Virus record (IMG/VR): IMGVR_UViG_3300039208_000195
Coordinates: 351-64,350 of that record
Direction: 5' to 3' (one strand)
From: a virus
Length of the DNA: 64,000 bases
Position 1 is the stretch's first letter, and each line of letters opens with the position of its first letter. A program made the position numbers and the translations under genes. This document shows positions 38,004-47,581 of this stretch, piece after piece. The notes beneath the pieces were generated by a model, which saw only the letters and a program-made list of their open reading frames with translations, did no database searches and was not told the origin of the DNA.

Positions 38004-38358
38004 CTTTCTTAGAGGGGCGGTCCGTAGTGCTTTCGGTATTGAGGATTTCCGAGGCAAGAGGATCATCCTGGTAGGGATGGACGAGAGAGGCCAGGAGCTT
38101 CTTTCTATGCTGTGCCTAGATGATGTTAAGTTGTTCTTTTTCGACAAGAGCATTGTTAATTACAGTCAGGCCCATTTGGTCTGTGGTGGTGTCGAGCCTA
38201 TGGTTCCGGGCAAAGCCCTGGACGATATCGACATCTTCGTAGACCTAGGGGAGGGCCTGCTGAGTGTAGATGGTAATGTCTCCAAGGATTTCCGAATCGA
38301 GGATATCGATGGAGAAGATGCCTATAATCATGGGATCCATGAATACTACTTTCAATAG
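37975..38358 (+). CDS. Rossmann-like hypothetical protein
   Basis: GKRIILVGMDERG resembles a degenerate dinucleotide-binding strand-helix. Confidence 0.55.
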   Translation: MTTSATQIFNFLRGAVRSAFGIEDFRGKRIILVGMDERGQELLSMLCLDDVKLFFFDKSIVNYSQAHLVCGGVEPMVPGKALDDIDIFVDLGEGLLSVDGNVSKDFRIEDIDGEDAYNHGIHEYYFQ

Positions 38359-38381
38359 AAGCGGGGAGACGGGGAGTATGT

Positions 38382-38660
38382 GTGGTACACTTACTACCAC
38401 CCGTCCATCAACTGCAGATGCGCCAAGAGTTCATGCAGGGAATTTTAGAGATTGGACTGCTGTGCAACTTTACTAAGGAACAGCTAGAAGAAGTTCAAGA
38501 TATCCTCTTGGAAGAGCTACCTTATATCGATAACCTCATGTATGAGGTATACGAAAGGACTGGTGATCGGGACATAGCAGTAGCAGTCTGGAACGCCAGT
38601 ATGGAAAAACTGAGACGCTGGTTGAGTTTGATCACCGGAGTCAAGATCAAATACATTTAG
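38382..38660 (+). CDS. hypothetical protein
   Basis: ORF in series. Confidence 0.6.
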   Translation: MVHLLPPVHQLQMRQEFMQGILEIGLLCNFTKEQLEEVQDILLEELPYIDNLMYEVYERTGDRDIAVAVWNASMEKLRRWLSLITGVKIKYI

Positions 38661-38669
38661 GAGATTATC

Positions 38670-38909
38670 ATGAGACTATTTCTAGCCACTTGTCTCACAA
38701 GTCTGTTCATTGCAGGTGCTGCCCTTGCTGGGGGCGGCAACTTTGACGACCAGCAGCAGGAGCAGTACGCTATGACCCAGACCAAGGTCGTAGTTGTCCC
38801 TGCAGACAATGGCGGCAACGACAGCACAGCCCTGATCTGGGTAGCTGTTGTAGGCGCGGTCGGTACGCTGGGAGCAGCGGTTATTACTACACGGAATAGA
38901 AAGGGGTAA
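38670..38909 (+). CDS. small protein with signal peptide and C-terminal TM anchor
   Basis: N-terminal signal-like peptide; hydrophobic helix followed by RNRK. Confidence 0.65.
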   Translation: MRLFLATCLTSLFIAGAALAGGGNFDDQQQEQYAMTQTKVVVVPADNGGNDSTALIWVAVVGAVGTLGAAVITTRNRKG

Positions 38910-38911
38910 GC

Positions 38912-40075
38912 ATGTCTGTATCTTACTGGCAGGACACTGTCGGACTGACTTTAGATTTAGACGCGGATGTTACAATCATCGGCGGTGGATTGGCTGGTCT
39001 ATCAACAGCCTACTGGTTAAGTAAGAAGGATCCCAATCTCTCCATCATCGTGGTGGAGAAGGGACAATTAGGACATGGTGTCTCTGGTAGAAACGCAGGG
39101 TTCATTACATGCGGTTCCACCGAGCACTTCTCTCGTATGACAGCCGCATACGGGGAAGGCAAGGCAGAAGAGATTTGGAAGTTTACTGAATACAATCACA
39201 ACCTGATGAGGGAAGAGTTCGGGGTTGAAAAACTCGAAGAGCTTTGTGAGTATCGTAATCTGGGAAGCTGGACACTGGCAGCCACAGAGCACGAGATTGA
39301 GGTAACCAAGGCTACCGTAGCCGCGTTACAGGAAAAGGGAGTTAACGTCGAGTGGAAAGACGAAGCCTACCCGGGAACCGAAGGTTTCCACGGTGGTGCT
39401 TTCTACGCAGATGATGGTGAGATTCACCCAGCCAAATATCTATGGCATCTCGGTCTTAGGACAGGAGACGCTGTAAGCATTATGGAGAATGCAGAAGTTT
39501 TCGGGATTGATGAGGAGGAAGGCAGTCTAGTTGTTAGGACCAATAAGAAGAGAATTAAGACAGAAGCTATCGTGGTTTGCACGAACGCTTGGTCCGGACA
39601 GCTGTTCCCCTGGTTCCAGGACAAGATCGCACCTACGCGTGGCCAGATCATCGTTACTGAACCGGTTGACCACTTTCTACAGCCATCCTACTGCAGCTTC
39701 GTACTTGACTACTTTCGGCAGCTTGTCGATGGCCGGGTTCTCATTGGTGGTTTCAGAAACGCCGATGTGGAAAGGGAGGTTGGATTCTCAGATGAAGTCA
39801 ATCCTATCATTCACGAGAAGTTGGAAGGTTTTCTTAACGACCACTTTCCCGCTCTCCGCGGGAAGCGAATCGATTATCGCTGGTCTGGGGTTATGGGCTT
39901 TGCTGCTGATGGATACCCATTGGTAGGATCGCTCCCGGAAGACCCCAGGATTTTCTACAACGTAGGATTTACAGCACACGGATTGGGTTTCACGTTTGCT
40001 ACAGGAGAGTTAACAGCAGACCTGATACTCGCGGGACAGGACCCTGGAATTTTCTCAGGGAGGAGGTTTCAGTAA
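38912..40075 (+). CDS. FAD-dependent oxidoreductase (DAO/PuuB-like)
   Basis: IIGGGLAGLSTA, GVSGRNAG, WSGVMGFAADGYP, GFTAHGLG. Confidence 0.9.
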   Translation: MSVSYWQDTVGLTLDLDADVTIIGGGLAGLSTAYWLSKKDPNLSIIVVEKGQLGHGVSGRNAGFITCGSTEHFSRMTAAYGEGKAEEIWKFTEYNHNLMREEFGVEKLEELCEYRNLGSWTLAATEHEIEVTKATVAALQEKGVNVEWKDEAYPGTEGFHGGAFYADDGEIHPAKYLWHLGLRTGDAVSIMENAEVFGIDEEEGSLVVRTNKKRIKTEAIVVCTNAWSGQLFPWFQDKIAPTRGQIIVTEPVDHFLQPSYCSFVLDYFRQLVDGRVLIGGFRNADVEREVGFSDEVNPIIHEKLEGFLNDHFPALRGKRIDYRWSGVMGFAADGYPLVGSLPEDPRIFYNVGFTAHGLGFTFATGELTADLILAGQDPGIFSGRRFQ

Positions 40076-40102
40076 GTCCTAAATAGAATCCCCGATACCA
40101 AA

Positions 40103-40153
40103 ATGCCTACTCAAATATGAAGCGGGTTCTGTAGGCGTCCCGTTTGTAGGAGG
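40103..40153 (+). promoter_or_regulatory. candidate RBS-overlapping RNA switch
   Basis: ATGCCTAC/GTAGGCGT stem, AAGCGGG/CCCGTTT stem, and a duplicate TGTAGG overlapping the SD. Confidence 0.4.
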
Positions 40154-40158
40154 ACGAA

Positions 40159-40941
40159 ATGATGTATGAGAAGCAGTTCGTAATTGCGGTGCTGCACGAC
40201 GGTTCCCCAGTAAGGGAAATCGATGGCAAGGTAACCTTACCGTTCGGTTCTGAATATAAGGTTAGACTTAAGAACAAGAACAATGTTAGAGCAAAAGCTC
40301 GCGTATGGATTGACGGAAGGAAGGCTTCTAATCTAGGAGACTTTATCCTTAACCCTGGTGAGACTCTAGATCTAGAGCGATTCCTGGACGAAAGCATGTC
40401 GGAGGGACGTCGCTTTAAGTTTGTACGGGCTTCGGATAGACGTGTAAACGACCCCACTGATCCTGATAATGGCACCATTAAGGTGGAGTTCTATAAGGAG
40501 CAGACTTTCAAGATTGATTGGAATCCCCCTGTAAGACCTATCAAGCCCCTACCAAAGGGTAACGGTCCTGATTGGTGGTATACTACTAACACCAACACAA
40601 CGGGAGGAAACCCCCGAAGAGGAATGGCGACCACTACTTGCTATGCCTCTAACAGCATTAGCAGCAGTACGCTTTGCAGTTCTGAACAAGCAGGAGCTAC
40701 TGTAGAGGGCGGACACTCTAGTCAGAATTTCGTCATTGGTGACGATTTCGATACAGAGGTTTTCCCCATCACCCTGACACTGAAGGTACAGGGACCTCGT
40801 AAAGGTGCTGAGATTTCACCCCCACGTAGGCCACAACCTCGTGTTAAGTACTGCGGAAGCTGTGGAAAGAGACGCATGAGGAGAGACAGATTCTGTCCCC
40901 ATTGCGGAACTAAGTTCCCTAGCAAAAGACGTAGAGAATAA
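40159..40941 (+). CDS. conserved phage-type hypothetical protein with C-terminal double zinc ribbon
   Basis: LPFGSEYKVRLKN...IDG...LERF...FKF; CGSC...CPHC. Confidence 0.75.
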   Translation: MMYEKQFVIAVLHDGSPVREIDGKVTLPFGSEYKVRLKNKNNVRAKARVWIDGRKASNLGDFILNPGETLDLERFLDESMSEGRRFKFVRASDRRVNDPTDPDNGTIKVEFYKEQTFKIDWNPPVRPIKPLPKGNGPDWWYTTNTNTTGGNPRRGMATTTCYASNSISSSTLCSSEQAGATVEGGHSSQNFVIGDDFDTEVFPITLTLKVQGPRKGAEISPPRRPQPRVKYCGSCGKRRMRRDRFCPHCGTKFPSKRRRE

Positions 40942-41017
40942 TTAAACCTTCCCTCTCCCAGCTTCTAGCCTGATGGTTAGCGGCGGATGAGGAGAGGGCG
41001 GGTACCAGGAGAATTCG

Positions 41018-41263
41018 ATGGAAGAATGGAAATCCATTATCTGTGATTCAGACCAGTGCATGAGTGAGATGTTTGTGCCTGAGAATATGAGAGCTGCGGA
41101 TAACAGTTTAAACGATGCAGCGTTACAGAAGTACAAGATCTACCCAGATGTAGACAATAACACAGTAACTCAATTCACATGTCCGAGGTGCGGCAAAGTT
41201 ACGACTTGGGGAGTTACCCGAAGGAATATTGCCAAACAGCTATACGAAAGATATAACCAATGA
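41018..41263 (+). CDS. zinc-ribbon protein
   Basis: CDSDQC...CPRC. Confidence 0.6.
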   Translation: MEEWKSIICDSDQCMSEMFVPENMRAADNSLNDAALQKYKIYPDVDNNTVTQFTCPRCGKVTTWGVTRRNIAKQLYERYNQ

Positions 41264-41550
41264 TTGAAGACGCAATGAAATGGTTGATGACTGAAGGTTC
41301 AATTCAGCACAGCATTTGGTTTGTTTATGTGACATTCCACGACTTGATACAGTGGGGAATAATGGCTATAATTGGATTAACCGCTTATGGGCAACGAAGA
41401 CACAAGAAGGAACTTCAAGAACTCGTTGAGGAACTAAAGAATGAATTGGAACACGTCCACGACGAAATCCATATCCACTTGGGAGAACCCTATGGTGAAG
41501 AAAATGAGCACCGACGAGTTTATCGCTTGGCGGAATCTGTACACGAATAG
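41260..41550 (+). CDS. small membrane protein with coiled-coil tail
   Basis: Hydrophobic segment followed by heptads. Confidence 0.55.
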   Translation: MIEDAMKWLMTEGSIQHSIWFVYVTFHDLIQWGIMAIIGLTAYGQRRHKKELQELVEELKNELEHVHDEIHIHLGEPYGEENEHRRVYRLAESVHE

Positions 41551-41713
41551 ATTAGATACGCTAAAAGCTATCGTGATCCAGGCTACGTTTGACGCCAAAC
41601 AGGGCGTCATCAGCGAAGAAGAAAGAGATGAGACCATTGAAACGGTCAACGAGGAGATCAAGGGAATCATCGAGTGTGGTAAGATCTTAAACCATTTGAA
41701 GAAAGGTGATTAA
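41441..41713 (+). CDS. hypothetical protein
   Basis: Likely start ATG 41504. Confidence 0.5.
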   Translation: MNWNTSTTKSISTWENPMVKKMSTDEFIAWRNLYTNRLDTLKAIVIQATFDAKQGVISEEERDETIETVNEEIKGIIECGKILNHLKKGD

Positions 41714-42338
41714 TGTGAGCATTATGAATCGGACTTACAACGTGCGCTTTCTCCGTGAGAAAGAGTTTGACGGAATTATCGAATTAGGAAATCGAGTGTT
41801 CGGAGATAACTACCTGAACCAAGAGCTTCTGGAAGAGTATCTAAAGAGAAGTACAAAAGACGGTATTAACTGCAGCTTCTCCTTAACTCTGAATGAGGGA
41901 GACGAGGTTCCTGAGCGCGTCATTGGTTTTAGAATTACCTGGGCTCCCGGTTCCTGGATTGATTCTTATGAAATGGAACTCCACCCGGAAGAGTGGGGAT
42001 TCGATCCTGAGAAGGTAGCTTATATGAAGTCCAACTGCCTGGACGAAGAGTTCAGAGGTAGTGGTTTTGGACGGATGCTTTTGGATCGTGCAATTGCAGA
42101 GACCAAGAGACAAGGGGCGGAGGCCGCCCTGGCCCATATCTGGATGCACAGTCCAGGTAACAGCGCATTTCGTTACTTCTCCCGAGCAGGCGGTAAGCTT
42201 GTCCGGGAGTACCCAGGTTATTGGGTAGATTTTCATGGGGAGGATTCTCCCTGTGTGAGGTGTGGTGCGGGGTGTCAGTGCACCTGCGCTGAAATGATTT
42301 TAGATTTTGCGAACCACGAGGAGTTAGGTAATGTCTAA
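41706..42338 (+). CDS. GNAT-family acetyltransferase
   Basis: Motif A CLDEEFRGSGFG; SPGNSAFRYF; Cys-rich C terminus. Confidence 0.85.
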   Translation: MINVSIMNRTYNVRFLREKEFDGIIELGNRVFGDNYLNQELLEEYLKRSTKDGINCSFSLTLNEGDEVPERVIGFRITWAPGSWIDSYEMELHPEEWGFDPEKVAYMKSNCLDEEFRGSGFGRMLLDRAIAETKRQGAEAALAHIWMHSPGNSAFRYFSRAGGKLVREYPGYWVDFHGEDSPCVRCGAGCQCTCAEMILDFANHEELGNV

Positions 42339-42669
42339 GAAGTTAGAAGGGGGCGTCTGGGTAGTCGTTTGTGATTTCGCGGATGACGAAGGTAAGCCCT
42401 GCGATCTGGGACACGAAGGTGATCCAGCAATGTTTGTAGACCCCGACGGAGGCAAGAACCCCGAGATGCATTTCCAGTGTGGTAGGCATCACGGTATTGT
42501 AAAGCAGTCCGAGAAGGAAGAGTACCAACTCCCCGAGGGAGTAGAGACTCATGAGCCACAAGGATTACACACGGCCGACAAGATTGGCGTAACCCTGGAT
42601 GGATTTGAGCCGGACCTGGGCGGAAAGGTCTGGGATGGAAAGGAGAAGCCAAGTGACGGACGAGACTAA
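42331..42669 (+). CDS. hypothetical protein (Cys/His zinc site)
   Basis: C...C...CGRH. Confidence 0.55.
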   Translation: MSKKLEGGVWVVVCDFADDEGKPCDLGHEGDPAMFVDPDGGKNPEMHFQCGRHHGIVKQSEKEEYQLPEGVETHEPQGLHTADKIGVTLDGFEPDLGGKVWDGKEKPSDGRD

Positions 42670-42901
42670 CGAGAACGAGAACGCCACCCTACGAACGGGT
42701 AATTATGTTATCGAGCTTTCTAATGGCCCAAGTGTGGTCTCTCGGATCGAAGAGCAGAGCGGAGCCAAGCAATGGATCTGCACCTGTCCTGATCCGGAAG
42801 CAGCAATGACAGTAGTCGAGGGATTGATCCTGGTAGAGAACAAGAGATTCTACTACCCAGACTCCAAGCCCACGATGAACTTTGAAGAAAAGACTGATTA
42901 A
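42653..42901 (+). CDS. hypothetical protein
   Basis: GTG start; coupled ORF. Confidence 0.55.
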   Translation: MTDETNENENATLRTGNYVIELSNGPSVVSRIEEQSGAKQWICTCPDPEAAMTVVEGLILVENKRFYYPDSKPTMNFEEKTD

Positions 42902-43308
42902 TGAAGATCGGTGAAGCTTTACTGGAGAGAGACCATCTCAATGGTCGCTTAGACGCTCTAGAATCGCGCCTGCGGGACGATGCAGAGTCGGGTCGACCCC
43001 TGACTCACATTCTCGAAGAAATGCAGGTAGCAGCTAACAGAGTGCTTGATCTTCAGAATTGTATTGACTGGACGCTGCAGCACTTGACAGTTGAGGGCAA
43101 AGCTCTTGGTACATACGTAAACAAGTCAGACCATATGCAAAGATTGGCTGACTTACTAGAAACTTCCGCTTCTCCTGAAATGAGGGAGAAAGCGGATGAC
43201 CTTCATGAAGCCAAAAAATCAACCGATGTGTTGATTCAAACTATATACTGGGCTTATGATTTGCAGATACCCGCAACGGTATCCGAAGAGCCCGAGGAGG
43301 ATGACTAA
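42901..43308 (+). CDS. coiled-coil hypothetical protein
   Basis: MKIGEALLER N terminus; helical. Confidence 0.7.
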   Translation: MKIGEALLERDHLNGRLDALESRLRDDAESGRPLTHILEEMQVAANRVLDLQNCIDWTLQHLTVEGKALGTYVNKSDHMQRLADLLETSASPEMREKADDLHEAKKSTDVLIQTIYWAYDLQIPATVSEEPEEDD

Positions 43309-43514
43309 TGGGATTCTTCATTCGGCCTAAGGACTCTACTCGTGACGACGAGAAGGGACTTAATCATGTTGAAGCCATTGGCGTAGTACAGTCCTACGAG
43401 GACGAGTACATGGAAGTCACCGGTCACACCCCTGAGAATGTAAACTCGGGAGCGATTCACAGACGCGGTGGTGGACGACGACCAGGCCCCGGTAATCTAC
43501 CAGGAGTTAAGTAA
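43308..43514 (+). CDS. hypothetical protein
   Basis: Coupled ORF. Confidence 0.55.
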   Translation: MGFFIRPKDSTRDDEKGLNHVEAIGVVQSYEDEYMEVTGHTPENVNSGAIHRRGGGRRPGPGNLPGVK

Positions 43515-43516
43515 GC

Positions 43517-43792
43517 ATGTCTGACCACAGAATTGTACAATGTTTTGGCACTAAGAGACGACCGCACAAGGAAGACAAGCCTTGCAGGCGAAGATTCCTT
43601 TGGACAGCAAGAGGCAATGGCAAGACTCAGTTTGGTAGAAAGGGTACACAAGCTTGTCCTCATTGTGGCACTATGCCCGATTTCAAGCACCCATTCAACC
43701 GATATCTCGCTGGCGAAATTGAGGAAGATGAAGCAAAGGCAATGATGCCAGATTTCATCGAGAATTTAAAAAAAGCGCAGGGAGAAAAATAA
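43517..43792 (+). CDS. zinc-ribbon protein
   Basis: C...C...CPHC. Confidence 0.6.
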   Translation: MSDHRIVQCFGTKRRPHKEDKPCRRRFLWTARGNGKTQFGRKGTQACPHCGTMPDFKHPFNRYLAGEIEEDEAKAMMPDFIENLKKAQGEK

Positions 43793-43795
43793 TAC

Positions 43796-43824
43796 TTGAC
43801 AAATGCTGATTTCTGTCTTATTAT
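43796..43824 (+). promoter_or_regulatory. sigma70-type promoter of thyA operon
   Basis: TTGACA-17 nt-TATTAT. Confidence 0.8.
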
Positions 43825-43932
43825 CACAGGGACCGAAGGCGAAAGGATAAGATAGTTATTAGTATAGTATAGGTACGGTCCTATAGTATAGATATTGTAA
43901 TACAGGCGGCCAATTTTAGGAGCTATTTTTAG

Positions 43933-44724
43933 ATGCAGGAATACTTAGATTTACTATCTTTTGTAAGAGATAATGGTACCAACAAGGAAGACCGAACAGG
44001 TACCGGAACACGCAGTCATTTTGGCTACCAGATGAGGTTCGACCTCGCAAGAGGCTTCCCGCTGGTAACCACAAAGAAAGTTCATTTCAAATCTGTTGTA
44101 CATGAACTCCTTTGGTTTATCTCAGGCGACACGAACATCAAGTACCTCAAGGAAAACGGAGTTCGGATCTGGGATGAGTGGGCTGATGAGAACGGAGACC
44201 TCGGTCCTGTCTACGGCAAACAGTGGAGGTCGTTTGACGCTAAGGGCCTCTACGTGGATCAGCTGACGGACGTGATCCGGCAGATCAAGGATAACCCCAC
44301 GTCGAGACGCCACATTGTCTCCGCTTGGAATCCTGCTGAGGTCGATGACATGGCTCTCCCGCCGTGCCACATGATGTTCCAGTTTTATGTTAACGACGGA
44401 CTGCTGAGCTGTCAGATGTACCAGAGAAGCGCTGACGTTTTTCTAGGAGTACCATTCAACATTGCCAGCTACGCACTGCTGACGCATATGGTTGCTCAGG
44501 TTTGTGACCTCGGAGTTGGAGATTTTGTACACACGTTTGGCGATGTACATATCTACAACAACCATATGGATCAGGTCAATCTTCAGCTGGGCAGAGAGCC
44601 TCTGCCCCTTCCGAGATTGGCACTTAATCCTGATGTAAAGAACATCGAGGATTTCAAGTATGAGGATATTCTTCTGCTTGATTATGAATACCACCCAGCT
44701 ATTAAGGCGGAGGTAGCAGTATGA
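43933..44724 (+). CDS. thyA: thymidylate synthase
   Basis: [52 protein letters not shown]. Confidence 0.98.
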   Translation: MQEYLDLLSFVRDNGTNKEDRTGTGTRSHFGYQMRFDLARGFPLVTTKKVHFKSVVHELLWFISGDTNIKYLKENGVRIWDEWADENGDLGPVYGKQWRSFDAKGLYVDQLTDVIRQIKDNPTSRRHIVSAWNPAEVDDMALPPCHMMFQFYVNDGLLSCQMYQRSADVFLGVPFNIASYALLTHMVAQVCDLGVGDFVHTFGDVHIYNNHMDQVNLQLGREPLPLPRLALNPDVKNIEDFKYEDILLLDYEYHPAIKAEVAV

Positions 44725-45284
44725 TTTTGTCAATGATCGTAGCGTATGCCAAAGATTCTGAGGACCGTCAGGTTATCGGCAAGGATAACGAGCTTCCTTG
44801 GAAGATCAAGCAGGATATGGTTTGGTTTAGGGAGCAGACTTCTGGCAACGCGATTGTCATGGGACGTAAGACCTACGAATCTATTGGTCGAGTTCTTCCG
44901 AAGCGTCTCAATATTATCGTAACCAAGGACCCCAACTACAAGGTAGAGGGTGCGCACGTTTTTACAGACCTCGATGAGGCTCTTAAGTTTGCTTGTGATA
45001 GTGGACTAGAGGTATTCATCATTGGCGGTCAGAGTATCTACGAGCAGTGCATTAACCGGATCGATAGACTCTATGTAACCTTTGTCAAAGACAAGAAGTT
45101 TGAGGGCGATGCTTTCTTTCCTAAGTGGACTAAGACAGACTTCAAGGAGATCCAGAAAGAGACCTCCAAGGACGACACTGTCGGGGATGTAAACTACAGC
45201 ATCTTCCAGCGTATTAAATTTACTGGAAAGAAGGTTGACCCGCTCCCAAATTCCACGTATAATATTACTGGGATGGGAATGTAA
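44721..45284 (+). CDS. folA: dihydrofolate reductase
   Basis: [10 protein letters not shown]-x-x-[28 protein letters not shown]. Confidence 0.97.
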   Translation: MILSMIVAYAKDSEDRQVIGKDNELPWKIKQDMVWFREQTSGNAIVMGRKTYESIGRVLPKRLNIIVTKDPNYKVEGAHVFTDLDEALKFACDSGLEVFIIGGQSIYEQCINRIDRLYVTFVKDKKFEGDAFFPKWTKTDFKEIQKETSKDDTVGDVNYSIFQRIKFTGKKVDPLPNSTYNITGMGM

Positions 45285-45586
45285 TGTCCTCATTCCGAGC
45301 AATCGTTAATCTGGACGAGGACGGAGACGTTACTTGTTTCTGTCCTTATGAGAATTACCTGAAGGGTAACTGCAGCTGTCGTGATAAGTTCGATTGTCCA
45401 GAAGCTATGATTGACATTACAGTTTTGCCAAACTCTCGCCCGTCAGAGCAGGCGCGGACCGAGATCAAGAAAGTTACCAAGAGCTTGAAGGATTCTGAGC
45501 GCGAAGTTAAGAAGGCTAGCGACAGAATCAAGCAAGGTCTTAGTCATTTAGAAAAAGCCACTAAAGGCAACCGTTGGAGGATTTAA
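45284..45586 (+). CDS. hypothetical protein (Cys cluster + coiled coil)
   Basis: Coupled ORF. Confidence 0.6.
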   Translation: MSSFRAIVNLDEDGDVTCFCPYENYLKGNCSCRDKFDCPEAMIDITVLPNSRPSEQARTEIKKVTKSLKDSEREVKKASDRIKQGLSHLEKATKGNRWRI

Positions 45587-46197
45587 ACGTGGTCGAGATT
45601 TTAGGTTTAGGGGTTACAGCCCAGGTAGGTAAAGATACTGCTGCGGATTATATCGAAGAGAATTATCCTGGGGCGAAGCGAGTGGCTTTCGCTGATAAGG
45701 TTAAGGATGTAGGCATGATGCTTTTCGGACTTAGCTGGGAACAGTGTTACGGAGAGGTAGATATCAAGGAGAAAGTAGATCCTCGATATGGTATTACTCC
45801 CCGAGAAATCTTGCAGGGAATTGGTGAGAAGATGCGGGAGATTTATCCCGACATCTGGGTAGACACTGTGTTCTACACCACCGTTCCGGAATTGCAGGAA
45901 CAAGGGTTTGATAAGTTTGTAGTATCGGACGTCCGATATCCGAATGAAGCGGACAAAATCCAAGAACGCAACGGCGAGGTAGTTAAGGTCCAGCGCGCAG
46001 CAGGCGGTGTTTCTGTAGGAGCTAATCACTCTAGTGAAACCGCGATGCGCGAGTATGCTGAGGACAAGTACTTCGCAATTGTGAACAATGACGGTACACT
46101 GGAAGAGTTTTTTGCCAGCATCGATACCCTCGCGCAGGAGCTAGGATGGCAAAAATCGAACGCAGAGAAGGGACAGACACTGACGGAAGAGGCCTAG
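45574..46197 (+). CDS. deoxynucleoside monophosphate kinase
   Basis: P-loop GVTAQVGKDT, AFADKVK, PREILQGIG, SDVRYPNEA, HSSE; likely start GTG 45589. Confidence 0.9.
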   Translation: MEDLNVVEILGLGVTAQVGKDTAADYIEENYPGAKRVAFADKVKDVGMMLFGLSWEQCYGEVDIKEKVDPRYGITPREILQGIGEKMREIYPDIWVDTVFYTTVPELQEQGFDKFVVSDVRYPNEADKIQERNGEVVKVQRAAGGVSVGANHSSETAMREYAEDKYFAIVNNDGTLEEFFASIDTLAQELGWQKSNAEKGQTLTEEA

Positions 46198-47000
46198 GCC
46201 ATTCTTTCGCAGCTGACAATGTAGAACGAGGCACCCCTGAGGGTAATCAGTTCATTAAGCGTAGACCTACCTACCCGCTTGGTGACAACCCCCGTGGTAG
46301 AGAGATTCGCTGGAATGACCAAGAAGCAGCGGATCAGAAGGGTGACATCTTTAGAGCTTACCAGGGTCTAGTACCTATTGAAGGTCAGGATCCTTTCGCG
46401 CCTAAGCGCGTGATTCGTGTAGGAAGTACTAAGGAGCTTCGTCCTGAATCTCCACCCCGATCCATTGATCAGGCAGCTATCGAGTCCGCTCAGAATTCCA
46501 TGCGCGTGCAGCTGGGCAACTCTGACTTTGGGGCACTGTTTCCCACAGCCACAGTGACCGAGCCTGCACCAGGAGCTTCCGTGTCCCGAGGTTCTCGTAT
46601 TACCGTTAGGGTTACGGGTACCCACATTCTTTCTGTTATGGCCGCTACCCTCTATGTAGACGGTAAGCCTGTGGAGAGAAAAGAACTCCCTCGCGGAGAA
46701 CAGGGAAGTACACCGAACGCAGAGTTTATATTCTTGTATGATATCCCAGCGGACAGAGCGCTGGGTACTATGTCTATTGAGGCAAGAGTTTTTAGTATCG
46801 AGACTTCCCCGCAAGGACCAATTCTCGATGATGCACAGAACGATTTCGAAGGGCAGTTTAGAGGCGCAGTGGGTTCTCAAGACGGACGACTCCGACAAGT
46901 CGGGGGAACGTCTAAGACTGCACCTCAGTTGGAAGTTTATCCCAACCAGTTCCTCCGAACTCCCGAAGGCATCTCAGCAATCGACGTCACCGTCATCTAA
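46146..47000 (+). CDS. Ig-like domain protein
   Basis: VTEPAPGASVSRGSRITVRV...LYVDG Big-type beta sandwich. Confidence 0.65.
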   Translation: MAKIERREGTDTDGRGLGHSFAADNVERGTPEGNQFIKRRPTYPLGDNPRGREIRWNDQEAADQKGDIFRAYQGLVPIEGQDPFAPKRVIRVGSTKELRPESPPRSIDQAAIESAQNSMRVQLGNSDFGALFPTATVTEPAPGASVSRGSRITVRVTGTHILSVMAATLYVDGKPVERKELPRGEQGSTPNAEFIFLYDIPADRALGTMSIEARVFSIETSPQGPILDDAQNDFEGQFRGAVGSQDGRLRQVGGTSKTAPQLEVYPNQFLRTPEGISAIDVTVI

Positions 47001-47010
47001 GGAGCATTAA

Positions 47011-47523
47011 GTGCCTAAGAAGAAGAATAGCCCGAAGACCACTCTGAATGTGGACGCGATTAAGCGCGATTCAAAGAAGGTCGGAGATCAGATTTCTAAA
47101 GCTAACCCCGAGCTGTTTGGTAGGGAGTTAGATCCGGGAACTTCCCGGCGCGAATCAGCACTTGAGCAGGAGATGGGTTCTGCCAAGTACAAGAATATGA
47201 TTCACGAGCACAACGATAAGAACAAGCACATTCTAGACAGACTACCCTTCACCTTCCCTAAGAAGAGCGTAGTGCGTTCTCACCGAAGCGATGTACTCGT
47301 TGAGTGTGTAGAGTGTGGTTACCAGAGCTATGGATCAGAACACACCTATATGAAGATGTGTGACCAATGTAAGAAGTCCACTAAGGTTATCAATCCTGAA
47401 GCAGAAGCAAGAGGGGAAGACAGAGACTTTACTCCCGGGTTCTTAGCAACCGCGTCAGATATCCTTGAGATGCGCGAGAAGCGTAGGAAAGAACGAGAGG
47501 AGCAGGACAAGAAAAAGGACTGA
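47011..47523 (+). CDS. zinc-ribbon protein
   Basis: CVEC...CDQC. Confidence 0.65.
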   Translation: MPKKKNSPKTTLNVDAIKRDSKKVGDQISKANPELFGRELDPGTSRRESALEQEMGSAKYKNMIHEHNDKNKHILDRLPFTFPKKSVVRSHRSDVLVECVECGYQSYGSEHTYMKMCDQCKKSTKVINPEAEARGEDRDFTPGFLATASDILEMREKRRKEREEQDKKKD

Positions 47524-47528
47524 TTGTC

Positions 47529-47557
47529 TTGCATAATTTGTAAATTCCTGTTATAAT
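47529..47557 (+). promoter_or_regulatory. sigma70-type promoter
   Basis: TTGCAT-17 nt-TATAAT(TGG). Confidence 0.7.
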
Positions 47558-47581
47558 TGGGTTGAAAGGCAGGAGGATGTA

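Noticed and set aside
43765-43771. T_TTA_AAA slippery heptamer near the end of ORF 43517
   Set aside because: The -1 frame hits a stop after about a dozen codons and there is no downstream domain to fuse.
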